DNA from: an uncultured Pikeienuella sp.
GTDB taxonomy: Bacteria; Pseudomonadota; Alphaproteobacteria; Rhodobacterales; Rhodobacteraceae
Direction of reading: 5' to 3'
Length of the DNA: 64,000 nucleotides
Assembly (NCBI GenBank): GCA_965659735.1
Contig: CBFHXH010000008.1
Coordinates: 74 to 64,073 of the forward strand
The number at the start of each line of letters is the position of its first letter. The first letter of the stretch is position 1. The notes under the pieces are model-generated. The model saw only the letters and a list, made by a program, of their open reading frames with translations. It was not told the DNA's origin and ran no database searches. This document shows positions 1 through 8,893 of the stretch, piece after piece. The position numbers and the translations under genes were made by a program.

Positions 1-367
1 GATGACGCTCAACAAACCGGTAGATCCGGGGCGCGAGCCACTTGGCGGTAAAGGCCGGGCCCGCAGTTACGGAAAAGGGCCGACTGGCGTTCAGACGGTG
101 AACTTGCCGCACTGCAGCACGCAATGCTTCGAACCCTTCGGTCACACCAGGGGCCAACGCGCGACCCGCTTCTGTCAATTCTACCGCACGGTTCATTCGG
201 CGAAACAACTGTTGGTCCAAATCCGTTTCCAAGCTTTTGATCTGATAGGACAACGCCGCGGGGGTCACGTACAATTCCTCCGCCGCCTTGGCGAAGCTCA
301 GGTGCCGGGCCGCGGCTTCAAAAGCGCGTAAAGCGGTCAGCGGGGGCAAGCGGTTAGTTAAGCTCAT
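1..367 (-). CDS. GcvA-like LysR-family transcriptional regulator (5' part; runs off the window start)
   Basis: Not in the ORF track. Minus-strand translation from ATG 367 gives MSLTNRLPPLTALRAFEAAARHLSFAKAAEELYVTPAALSYQIKSLE...LFRRMNRAVELTEAG, a classic GcvA/AmpR-type LysR HTH. Confidence 0.93.
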   Translation of the reverse strand, partial: MSLTNRLPPLTALRAFEAAARHLSFAKAAEELYVTPAALSYQIKSLETDLDQQLFRRMNRAVELTEAGRALAPGVTEGFEALRAAVRQVHRLNASRPFSVTAGPAFTAKWLAPRIYRFVERH

Positions 368-470
368 TTTATCTGAACCTTTAGAATTACTCGTTTGTGG
401 GATCAAACACCAAAATATATTTTTAATCCAGCAAGACGAACACAGTGTTCGCCCAACCGGAGACTAATCT

Positions 471-629
471 ATGAAAACCGATCACGATTATGACCTCGCC
501 CCCTACCTTTCTCGCGGTCGCCAGCTGCGGTCCCAGGCTTTCCTGTCGGCGTTTATTGCGGTGCGCGACTGGATCAAAAGCTCCGCGAGGCCAGCCCCAA
601 AATCCGTCCGTCGGGCGCAGAACGTCTGA
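471..629 (+). CDS. 52-aa small protein, RSP_7527-family-like
   Basis: ATG 471 with GGAG about 8 nt upstream. Translates as MKTDHDYDLAPYLSRGRQLRSQAFLSAFIAVRDWIKSSARPAPKSVRRAQNV*, followed by an intrinsic terminator. Below the ORF-track length cutoff. Confidence 0.7.
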   Translation: MKTDHDYDLAPYLSRGRQLRSQAFLSAFIAVRDWIKSSARPAPKSVRRAQNV

Positions 630-654
630 CCCCTCCCCTCTCCCTGTTAGATCT

Positions 655-682
655 GGGCGGCGCTTTGCGTCGCCCTATTTTT
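655..682 (+). terminator. Rho-independent terminator after the small ORF
   Basis: GGGCGGCGC-ttt-GCGTCGCCC stem (one G-U pair) followed by TATTTTT. Confidence 0.8.
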
Positions 683-769
683 GCAACGCAGCATAAATCA
701 GCCGCCTCAAAAGATGCTGCGCAGCATTCTAAGTCTTTCGCGGCGCATCAAATTCCTGTTGCAGCGCAA
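681..769. promoter_or_regulatory. Cluster of TGC-N3-GCA boxes upstream of phaR (probable PhaR autoregulatory sites)
   Basis: TTGCaacGCAG (681-691), perfect palindrome ATGCTGCGCAGCAT (714-727), TTGCagcGCAA (759-769). PhaR proteins are known to bind TGC-rich boxes. Confidence 0.6.
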
Positions 770-815
770 AGCAAGCGCGTCCTAAGGTTTACGGAAAATC
801 AAGAGGGAGGTTCGC

Positions 816-1415
816 GTGCCAGCTGGGAAAACTAAGGACGATACAGTTCCCGTCATCATTAAGAAGTACGCAAACCGCCGATTGTACAACACGGCGAAGA
901 GCACGTACGTCACGCTCGACCACCTGGCGGAAATGGTGCGCGAAGGCGTCGATTTCGTCGTCAAGGACGCCAAGTCCAGCGAAGACATCACCCGGTCGGT
1001 TCTGACCCAGATCATCTTTGAAGCTGAGGCGAAGGGTGCATCGATGCTGCCCACGAACTTCCTGCGCCGGATCATTTCGCTTTACGGCGACAGCCTGCAA
1101 AGCGTTGTCCCAGGGTATCTCGAAGCGTCGATGGAGACGTTTTCGAGCAACCAGGAAAAGATGCGTGAGCAGATGAAAGCGATGTTCGGGGCCAATCCGG
1201 CCATCGAAAACTTCGAGGCGATGACCCGCACGAATATGGAATTCTTCCAGAACGCGATGAAAATGTTCACGCCCTTCGGCGCAGCTGGCGGAAAACCAGC
1301 AGAACCCAAGGCGGAACCGGCGTCACCAGACGCGCGGACCGAAGAATTGTCGACCCTGAAGGATCAGTTGGCGGAAATGCAATCACAGCTGAACAAGCTC
1401 GCCCGCAAATCCTGA
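816..1415 (+). CDS. phaR: Polyhydroxyalkanoate synthesis repressor PhaR
   Basis: IIKKYANRRLYNTAKSTYVTL...DITRSVLTQII signature; GTG start with GGGAGG RBS. Confidence 0.95.
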   Translation: MPAGKTKDDTVPVIIKKYANRRLYNTAKSTYVTLDHLAEMVREGVDFVVKDAKSSEDITRSVLTQIIFEAEAKGASMLPTNFLRRIISLYGDSLQSVVPGYLEASMETFSSNQEKMREQMKAMFGANPAIENFEAMTRTNMEFFQNAMKMFTPFGAAGGKPAEPKAEPASPDARTEELSTLKDQLAEMQSQLNKLARKS

Positions 1416-2701
1416 CCGGCGCAGGTGCGATCACGCCTGCACGCGGCCAATTTCTTCGCCTTCAGACCAGACGAGGGGGGCTTGCCGAATAGGAAGCCCC
1501 GGAACCCTTCGACGCCCAGTTTCCTGAGCGTGCGCGCCTCTTGCGCGATTTCGACATATTCAGCGACCACCATCATGTCGAACTGCCGACCGATGCCCGC
1601 CAGCGCCGACACCAGCATCTGATTGTCGGGCGAGCCGTCGATCCCGCGAATGAAGCCACCATCGATCTTCAGAATGTCAAAGCGCAGATCGCGCAGGTGT
1701 TGGAACGGCGTCCACCCAGCACCAAAATCATCAAGCGCAAGACTGACGCCCCGAACGCGTAGCTGCATCAGCAATTCGGTGGCCGCCCCCAGATCCGATG
1801 AGGCGGCGTCTTCGTTCACTTCGACGATCAACCGTTCAGGCACGTCGGGGTGATTGTCGGCATTTTCCAGAAACGCAGCGCGCCAGCCGGGGCGGGTCAG
1901 GCCCTCAACCGAGATATTGACCGAAACCCGCAGCGACGGATCACGCGCCATGGTCTCGGCGGCCATTTCCAGAACGGCTATGTCCGCCTCAGCTGCGACG
2001 CCCAGACGTTGCAGGGCGGGCATAAACCGACCAGCGGCGATCACCTCGCCATTTTGGCGCTGAAGGCGGATCAGCGCTTCACTAAACAGAACCCTGCCGG
2101 GGGTCTGCGCATTGCCAACAGGCTGCATCGCGACCGATACGGCGCCCGACCGAATGGCCAGCAGCGCCTCACGCGCAAGGCCCATGTCGTCATTGGGTTC
2201 TGCCGACGCATCAACCAGCGCAAAGCCCTGGTCGCCATCACCGCGCGCCTGATCCAACGCGCCCAGCGCGGGGGAGATAAGATCATCGCTTTCCATCGCA
2301 ACCTCGGACCAGACAGCGCCGACATGAACCCGGATTTCACCATCAGACAGCAGCGCGATGGTGTCGTACAAACCGCCCACCAGCTCTAACGCCTGATCCG
2401 CATCGCATGCAGTGTGAACGAAGGCCATCTTGGCGCCGGACAGGTGCGCCACGGTCGCCTGATTGGGCGCCGCCTCATTCAGAACGGTTTTCAAACGGGC
2501 AAGAAATACATCCCCCGCGTCGAACCCCTGAATCCGGTTGATGGCGCGCAGGCCCGGCCCCGAAATCACCATGACGATGCGACCCAGGCCCGACGTCGCC
2601 GCCTTCATCGCATCGCGGTCGCGCCGCCCTTTCGGCGGTGTGAATTGCAGTATTTTTGAACCAGTTATCGGTGCCTCCAGTGCCGCGTTCATCAGAATCA
2701 A
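1364..2701 (-). CDS. EAL-domain c-di-GMP phosphodiesterase-like protein with degenerate GGDEF domain; 3' end possibly frameshifted
   Basis: SEALIRL, SVN, IVEVNE, DDFGAG, LKIDG and AEYVE motifs. The GGDEF position reads SGAKM. The C-terminal tail overlaps phaR by 52 nt. Start uncertain. Confidence 0.85.
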   Translation of the reverse strand: MILMNAALEAPITGSKILQFTPPKGRRDRDAMKAATSGLGRIVMVISGPGLRAINRIQGFDAGDVFLARLKTVLNEAAPNQATVAHLSGAKMAFVHTACDADQALELVGGLYDTIALLSDGEIRVHVGAVWSEVAMESDDLISPALGALDQARGDGDQGFALVDASAEPNDDMGLAREALLAIRSGAVSVAMQPVGNAQTPGRVLFSEALIRLQRQNGEVIAAGRFMPALQRLGVAAEADIAVLEMAAETMARDPSLRVSVNISVEGLTRPGWRAAFLENADNHPDVPERLIVEVNEDAASSDLGAATELLMQLRVRGVSLALDDFGAGWTPFQHLRDLRFDILKIDGGFIRGIDGSPDNQMLVSALAGIGRQFDMMVVAEYVEIAQEARTLRKLGVEGFRGFLFGKPPSSGLKAKKLAACRRDRTCAGQDLRASLFSCDCISAN

Positions 2702-2720
2702 TTTTGAATTGATGCAAAAT

Positions 2721-2735
2721 GTTCTAATAAAGTTC
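2721..2735. promoter_or_regulatory. Alphaproteobacterial LexA (SOS) box
   Basis: GTTCtaataaaGTTC = exact GTTC-N7-GTTC, 28 nt upstream of the tag ATG. Confidence 0.7.
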
Positions 2736-2762
2736 TAATTCGGATTCACAGGGAAAATGTAG

Positions 2763-3371
2763 ATGGATGACACGGGAAGATGCCCCTGGTGCGGAAATGA
2801 CGCGCTTTATGTGGCTTATCACGACGAAGAATGGAGTGTTCCTGAATGGAACAGCCAGGCGCTTTATGAAAAACTGATGCTCGACGGATTTCAGGCAGGG
2901 CTCAGCTGGTACACGATTCTGAAAAAACGCCCGGCTTTTCGAGCCGCGTTCGACGGCTTCGATCCCCATAGAATCGCCCGCTATGGCAAAGAGGACGTCA
3001 CCCGCCTGCTGGCCGACGCAGGCATCGTGCGCCATCGCGGCAAGATCGAGGCTGCGATTGTCGCTGCGCAACAATGGATTGAAATCGAGGCCGAAGGTGG
3101 TTTCGACAAATTCCTGTGGGATTTCGTCGACGGCAAACCCCTTCAAAACGAATTTGTCTGGATGGCCGATGTGCCTGCCGAAACGCCCTTGTCCAAGGAC
3201 ATCTCAAAGGCGCTGAAGGCGCGGGGTATGAAGTTCGTCGGCCCCACCATCGTCTACGCCTTCATGCAGGCGGTCGGCATGGTCAACGATCACCTGATCG
3301 GCTGCCCGCGCCACGCAACTGTCGCTAAACTGGGCGAAACGGATCTGGCGGCGCAACAGGCGTTGGCCTGA
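2763..3371 (+). CDS. tag: DNA-3-methyladenine glycosylase I
   Basis: RCPWC, YHDEEW, GFQAGLSW, FKFVGP-like MKFVGPTIVYAFMQAVGMVNDHLIGC motifs. Confidence 0.95.
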   Translation: MDDTGRCPWCGNDALYVAYHDEEWSVPEWNSQALYEKLMLDGFQAGLSWYTILKKRPAFRAAFDGFDPHRIARYGKEDVTRLLADAGIVRHRGKIEAAIVAAQQWIEIEAEGGFDKFLWDFVDGKPLQNEFVWMADVPAETPLSKDISKALKARGMKFVGPTIVYAFMQAVGMVNDHLIGCPRHATVAKLGETDLAAQQALA

Positions 3372-3376
3372 CCGCC

Positions 3377-3613
3377 TTATCCAAGTGCATCATCCAACCA
3401 ATCAACACGACGGCGCGCTTCGGACAGCGCCGCTGCTGCGTCATCGAAAACCAAAGCCCCAAGGTGGCCGATACTGAACCACCCTCGCACATCTTCGGGA
3501 TCACGGCGAAATTCATCAAATCCATATGTGCCGTCGAGCCGCTGAAAAACGTCGACGCAAATCAGATCACCGTCGAGATTGAAGGAATGTATGACCGTGT
3601 TCTGATACGCCAT
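3377..3613 (-). CDS. Small hypothetical protein (78 aa)
   Basis: Protein-like composition (CVDVFQRLDGTYGFDEFRRDPEDVRGWF). ATG abuts the crotonase stop and the ORF fills the gap between genes. Confidence 0.7.
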   Translation of the reverse strand: MAYQNTVIHSFNLDGDLICVDVFQRLDGTYGFDEFRRDPEDVRGWFSIGHLGALVFDDAAAALSEARRRVDWLDDALG

Positions 3614-4465
3614 CTATTTGAACGGCCGCTCATCCCACCATGGATAAAAGTCAGGCATGTCACTGGACGGCTTCATGCTGAATTCCGGGGGCCGCTTTTC
3701 CAGAAAGCTTTCAACCCCTTCCTTCACATCCGCTGAGACGCCAAGCTGAGCGATCCCGCGGCTGTCGATCTTATGCGCCTCCATCGGGTGATCAGCGCCC
3801 AGCATCCGCCACATCATCTGCCGGGTCAGCGCCACGGAAACGGGCGCCGTATTTTCCACAATCTCGGCTGCGATCGCGCGGGCGCGCGGCAGAAGGTCTT
3901 CTTCCGCCCCAACTTCATGCACCAGACCGCCCTTCAACGCCTCGTCCGCTGGAAAAACCTTGCCAGAAAACGTCCAGGCCAGCGCTTGTTGAATGCCGAC
4001 GATCCGGGGCAGGAACCAGCTGGAGCACGCCTCAGGCACAATGCCCCGACGCGAGAATACAAACCCGAATTTGGCGGCGGTGGATGCAATACGGATATCC
4101 ATTGGCAACGTCATCGTCACGCCAACCCCAACGGCAGGACCATTGATGGCGCCGATCACAGGCTTTTTTGATTCAAAAATCCGCAGGCTCACCTGCCCGC
4201 CGCCATCTCGCCAAACCGGGCCTTCCTGCCCTTCGCGATCGGTATTGAACGTCTCGCCGCCATCCCCCAGGTCGGCGCCTGCACAAAACCCCCGGCCGCT
4301 GCCAGTGACGATGACGCAGCGAATGTCGTCATCCGCATCCGCCTGATCGAAGGCGGCGATCATTTCGTCTCGCATGACATTGGTGAACGCATTCAGGCGA
4401 TCAGGCCGGTTCAACGTGATCGTCAAAACCCGGTCTTCAACAGCAACCAAAATATCGGATGTCAT
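3614..4465 (-). CDS. Enoyl-CoA hydratase/isomerase (crotonase) family protein
   Basis: LNRPDRLNAF, FCAGADL, GPAVGVG and PEACSSWFLPRIVG motifs. Start moved to ATG 4465 (MTSDILVAVE), which has an AGGAAGGGG RBS. Confidence 0.92.
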   Translation of the reverse strand: MTSDILVAVEDRVLTITLNRPDRLNAFTNVMRDEMIAAFDQADADDDIRCVIVTGSGRGFCAGADLGDGGETFNTDREGQEGPVWRDGGGQVSLRIFESKKPVIGAINGPAVGVGVTMTLPMDIRIASTAAKFGFVFSRRGIVPEACSSWFLPRIVGIQQALAWTFSGKVFPADEALKGGLVHEVGAEEDLLPRARAIAAEIVENTAPVSVALTRQMMWRMLGADHPMEAHKIDSRGIAQLGVSADVKEGVESFLEKRPPEFSMKPSSDMPDFYPWWDERPFK

Positions 4466-4556
4466 CGCCGAACCCCTTCCTATCTTTGTCCTGTAAGTAT
4501 CCAAACCCGAGCGTAGCGAGGCAAACAAATCTGGCGCGCAGCGCCGCAAGACCACC

Positions 4557-7500
4557 TCACCACGTATCCACATACGGGTACTTCTTTCCCTCACGCGGCG
4601 GGGTGGGCGGCAAGCACTTCATCGAGTTTACAATCCAGCGCCGCGTCTCAGCCGGGTCGATCACATCATCCAGTCCACCACCAACGGCGGCGTTCACCGC
4701 CCGGGCCTGTTCGTACTGTTCGTCGACCTTGTCCTGATAGACCCGCAACCGTTCAGCCGGATCTTCGATGGCGGCGAGGTCATTGCGATAACCCAGCTTC
4801 ACATTGCCTTCGATGTTCATTGCAGCAAATTCCGCCGTTGGCCAGGCGACCGACATCATGCCATGCAGACCTGATCCGCCGCACATCGCCTGCACGCCCA
4901 GACCGTAACCCTTGCGAACAACGACCGAAAACAGCGGTGTGGTCAGGTTTGCGCCAGTATTGAACATGCGCGCCGCGTGGCGGACCAGCGCCTCGCGCTC
5001 CGCATCCGGGCCGACCATGATGCCGGGGCAATCCATCAGGCTGAGAACGGGGATGTCGAAGGCGTCGCATAATTGCAGGAACCGCGCGCCTTTATCCGCT
5101 CCGTCGCTGTCCAGCGCGCCGGCCAGATGATGCGGGTTATTGGCGACGATGCCGACAGGTTTGCCCTCTATCCGAGCGAAACAGGTGATCACGCCGATCC
5201 CGAACGCCTTGCGGATTTCAAGCACGCTGTCCTTGTCCACCAGCGTTTCGATCAGGTCGCGCATCTCATAAAGCCGCGTGCGCTTTTCCGGGATGACATG
5301 GCGCAGTTTTCGCTGATCCACAGCCTCCCATTCCTCAATCGGACCCTGGAAATAGGACAGGTACTTTTTGGCGACCCCGACCGCCTCCTCTTCGTCCTTC
5401 ACCAGGATATCGACCACGCCGTTCGGCACCTGGAACGACATCGGGCCAACTTCCTCAGGCGTGTAGACGCCCAAGCCACCACCTTCGATCATCGCCGGGC
5501 CACCCATCCCGATGGTGGATGCTTCGGTGGCGATGATCACGTCGCAACATGCCAAAAGCGCCGTGTTTCCCGCAAAGCACCGCCCATTGTTGACCCCGAT
5601 CATCGGAACAAGGCCGGATAGCCTTGAGAACATGGTGAATGTCGGCACGTCCCACGCAATCCACGATCCCTTGACGTCGTCACCGGGACGGCCGCCACCA
5701 CCTTCGGAAAACACGATCATCGGCAGGCGCAACTGCTTGGCGAGATCGAACATCCGGTCCTTTTTGTAATGTCCGTTCCAGCCCTGAGTTCCGGCGAGAA
5801 CCGTGTAGTCATAGGCGACGACCATCGCGCGCGACACCTCGTCGCCGAACTTGTCGCCATTGATCGCGGCGGTGCCCGCGACGATGCCATCGCCGGGCGT
5901 GTTCTTGCGCAGCGTTTCCAGATCATGTCGCGTGTGCTGGTTCGCGACGACCAGCGGCCAGTATTCGTTGAACGACCCCTCATCGACCAGTTGATCGATG
6001 CTTTCGCGTATCATGCGGAACCCGCGCGCCTTGCGTTTTGCGACTGCCTTTTCGCGATTTTCATCCAATGAGTACGCCCGGCGATCCAGTAATTCCTGAA
6101 GGTCGGGGCGGATGTGATCCAGGTCGACCTCTTCCTCCACCCCTTCGGTCGCGTCGCCGACATCCGCTTCTTCCAGCAGGACGATAGGCCACCCTTCCAG
6201 AACGATGTCGCCAGCCGACATCGTGACCTCACGCACAATCCCGCCAACCTCGGCGGTGATCACATGTTCCATCTTCATCGCTTCGACGATGGCGACCTGG
6301 GCACCCTTGGCGACGGCGTCGCCTTCCATCACATCAATCGAAACGATGGTGCCCTGAATGGGGGCGCGCAGGCCGATAGCGCCGTCAGCCACAGGTTCCA
6401 GCGAGGGGTCGGCGGGGCTGGATTGGGCCGCTTTCACCTCTGCATCATGGGCGAAAAGAGCAAGGGGATCTGACGTATCAACACGCGCGCCGGCAAAACC
6501 GTCGTCCTTCGCCATCGCCTCCGGCAAAACGGCCAGCCTTTCCACCGCTTCATCCACCCACCGCGTGTGAGTTTCACCGGCGACCAAAGCGGGATCTTTC
6601 AGGATGTTCTGCAGGAAGGGTATGTTGGTGGTAACGCCATCCATCCGAAATTCCGCCAGCGCGCGGGCTGTTTTGGCGACTGCATGGGCGAAATCAGAGG
6701 ATGGGGAATGGCAGATAACCTTGGCGAGCAAGCTGTCATAGGCGGTGCTGGTCCGGTACCCGACATAGCCGAACCCATCGACCCGCACGCCGGGGCCGCC
6801 CGGGGCCTCATACCCACTGATCAGGCCGCCACCGGGTTTGACCGACCCGTCGGGCAGGATCGTTTCCATGTTAACCCGCGCCTGAATGGCGTAGCCCTTT
6901 GGTGACGCCGTCGCGACACCCAGATCCTTCAACGCTGCGCCGTCGGCCAGCATCAATTGCGCCTGAACAAGATCGACGCCGCGGACCGCCTCAGTCACCG
7001 TATGTTCGACCTGCAGGCGCGCGTTCGCCTCGATAAAGACGAAATCATCGGGGTTTTCGGCGTTCACCAGAAACTCAAATGTCCCAAGGCTTTGATAGCT
7101 CGCCGCCCTGGCCATCCTGCAGGCGGCGTCAATGATCCGCGCTTCCTGTTCTGCGCCCAAATGCGGCGCAGGAGCGATTTCCAACAGCTTTTGAAAGCGC
7201 CGCTGGACGGAACATTCGCGGGTGCCAAACTCCACCACTTCGCCCACGCCATCGCCCAGCACCTGCACCTCGATATGACGGGCGCGGGGCATGAACCGTT
7301 CGATATAAAGATCACCACGGCCAAAAGCGGCCTCAGCTTCGGACCGGCAACGGGCGAACGCCTCTGGCAGCTCCGAGGCGGTTTGAACGGCCCAGCTGCC
7401 GCGTCCACCACCGCCCGCGATGGCTTTCAGCATCACAGGGAACCTGTTTTTCCGGGCGAAGGCGTCAGCCTCCTCCACCGTAATTGCGCGATCGACCCCT

Positions 7501-7895
7501 TCCATTACCGGCACGTCCGCCGCACGTGCGGCGGCGCGGGCCTGGGCCTTGTCCCCAAACAGCGACAGATGCGCAGGCGCCGGGCCAACGAATGTCAGAC
7601 CCGCGGCGGCGCAAGCGACGGCGAAATCGGCGCGCTCCGCCAGAAAACCGTATCCGGGGTGAACGGCGTCGCATCCCGCCTCAACCGCAGCGGCGATAAC
7701 CGCCGCAATGTCGAGGTATCCTGCGGCCCCAGCGCCAGGCAGCGCCACCGCATAATCGGCCCGCCGGGTATGGAGGCTCGTCTCATCATCCTTGGTGTAG
7801 ATCGCAACGGCTCTTACGCCGAGGTCCTGAGCGGCCCGCGCGATACGAATAGCAACTTCGCCTCGGTTCGCGATCAGAAGGGATGTTATGGCCAT
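4557..7895 (-). CDS. Single-chain multidomain acyl-CoA carboxylase (BC-BCCP-CT)
   Basis: LLIANRGEVAIR, HPGYGFLAE, RLQVEHTVTE (biotin carboxylase); EAMKM (biotin attachment); DYTVLAGT, EGGGGRPGD, MDCPG (carboxyltransferase). Start ATG 7895 with GAGGA RBS. Confidence 0.93.
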   Translation of the reverse strand: MAITSLLIANRGEVAIRIARAAQDLGVRAVAIYTKDDETSLHTRRADYAVALPGAGAAGYLDIAAVIAAAVEAGCDAVHPGYGFLAERADFAVACAAAGLTFVGPAPAHLSLFGDKAQARAAARAADVPVMEGVDRAITVEEADAFARKNRFPVMLKAIAGGGGRGSWAVQTASELPEAFARCRSEAEAAFGRGDLYIERFMPRARHIEVQVLGDGVGEVVEFGTRECSVQRRFQKLLEIAPAPHLGAEQEARIIDAACRMARAASYQSLGTFEFLVNAENPDDFVFIEANARLQVEHTVTEAVRGVDLVQAQLMLADGAALKDLGVATASPKGYAIQARVNMETILPDGSVKPGGGLISGYEAPGGPGVRVDGFGYVGYRTSTAYDSLLAKVICHSPSSDFAHAVAKTARALAEFRMDGVTTNIPFLQNILKDPALVAGETHTRWVDEAVERLAVLPEAMAKDDGFAGARVDTSDPLALFAHDAEVKAAQSSPADPSLEPVADGAIGLRAPIQGTIVSIDVMEGDAVAKGAQVAIVEAMKMEHVITAEVGGIVREVTMSAGDIVLEGWPIVLLEEADVGDATEGVEEEVDLDHIRPDLQELLDRRAYSLDENREKAVAKRKARGFRMIRESIDQLVDEGSFNEYWPLVVANQHTRHDLETLRKNTPGDGIVAGTAAINGDKFGDEVSRAMVVAYDYTVLAGTQGWNGHYKKDRMFDLAKQLRLPMIVFSEGGGGRPGDDVKGSWIAWDVPTFTMFSRLSGLVPMIGVNNGRCFAGNTALLACCDVIIATEASTIGMGGPAMIEGGGLGVYTPEEVGPMSFQVPNGVVDILVKDEEEAVGVAKKYLSYFQGPIEEWEAVDQRKLRHVIPEKRTRLYEMRDLIETLVDKDSVLEIRKAFGIGVITCFARIEGKPVGIVANNPHHLAGALDSDGADKGARFLQLCDAFDIPVLSLMDCPGIMVGPDAEREALVRHAARMFNTGANLTTPLFSVVVRKGYGLGVQAMCGGSGLHGMMSVAWPTAEFAAMNIEGNVKLGYRNDLAAIEDPAERLRVYQDKVDEQYEQARAVNAAVGGGLDDVIDPAETRRWIVNSMKCLPPTPPREGKKYPYVDTW

Positions 7896-8019
7896 GATGT
7901 TCCTCATTCGCTCCAGACAAAAACTGTCATGAGAGGACTGGAGACTGTCAAGAAAACCAGATAGGTACGTGGCGTCGCCTGCGCCGGGCTCTATCATGAC
8001 AGCCGGAAAGGGACATGAC

Positions 8020-8617
8020 ATGGCCAATCGCGACCGAGAACACCGACCAGAGATCGAGCATCCGAACCGGCGCTGAACTGAAACGCTGGTACTGGCTGAA
8101 GGAAGAACTGATCGAGGAGGCGCGGCGCTGCCGCCTGCGCCACTCTGACGGCAAGTTCACGATATTCGACCGCATTGCGCATTTTCTGGATACGGGCGAG
8201 CCAAAACTTCCCGGTGACGACAAACCCAAACCGAAGTCGAAATTCGACTGGCACAGCGCGCCTCTGACGCCTGAAACCGTGATCACCGACAGTTATAAAC
8301 ACAGCCAGAACGTGCGCCGGTTCTTCAAATCGCAGGTCGGGGATGGGTTCAAGTTCACCATCGGCTTCATGGACTAGATCCGCCTGAACCATGGGGCCAC
8401 GCTGGCCGATGCAGTAGCGGAATATCCCCGAATGACGGCGGCGGGCGAAAAGGCCTCGATCCGCGACCACAATCAGTTAAATCAGTAAAGAGTGGATTTT
8501 CTGAAGGATAATCCGGATGCAGGTATGGCGGAGGTGCGCCGCGTCTGGGCGCTGAAACGTGCGCTGCCGTCAGCGGATGGCCGGCATCGATATGAAAGGT
8601 CCGATTTGGACCTCTGA
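8020..8617 (+). pseudogene. DUF6434/SAP-like domain protein, disrupted
   Basis: One frame continues through TAG 8375-8377 (FMD*IRLNHGATLADAVAEY) and TAA 8486-8488 (HNQLNQ*RVDFLKDNPD) to TGA 8615-8617. Probable extra frameshift near 8059 after ATG 8020. Confidence 0.8.
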
Positions 8618-8893
8618 CTATTTCCCTTCGCCGAACTTGTCATCGATCAGACTGGCGATCGCCGCCATCAGCGGTTCGGCGGCAGCGCCCGATGTGGCGA
8701 CGTCGATGGTGGACCCTTTCGCCGCCGCCAGCATCAAAAGACCCATGATGCTGTCGCCCGACACGGTCATGCCGTCCTTGCTGACATCGGCGCGGGCGTC
8801 AAACGCTTCGACGGTTTCCACGAATTTGGCTGAAGCGCGGGCGTGCAGGCCTTTTTCGTTCTGGATTTCAAGTGTGCGGTCTGCAGTGGTCAA
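8618..8893 (-). CDS. npr: HPr/NPr phosphocarrier protein
   Basis: GLHARASAKFV (His15) and DSIMGLLMLAA (Ser46) motifs; TTG start overlapping the manX stop. Confidence 0.93.
   Translation of the reverse strand: MTTADRTLEIQNEKGLHARASAKFVETVEAFDARADVSKDGMTVSGDSIMGLLMLAAAKGSTIDVATSGAAAEPLMAAIASLIDDKFGEGK

Noticed and set aside
2-331. 109-aa plus-strand ORF from the track
   Set aside because: Antisense shadow of the LysR gene read from ATG 367 on the minus strand.
490-696. 68-aa ORF from the track
   Set aside because: No RBS, runs through the terminator, and overlaps the better 471-629 ORF in another frame.
2820-2850. Tag motif reads HDEEWSVP instead of HDxEWGxP, possible inactivation
   Set aside because: A single substitution in an otherwise intact gene with a good SOS box; insufficient to call decay.
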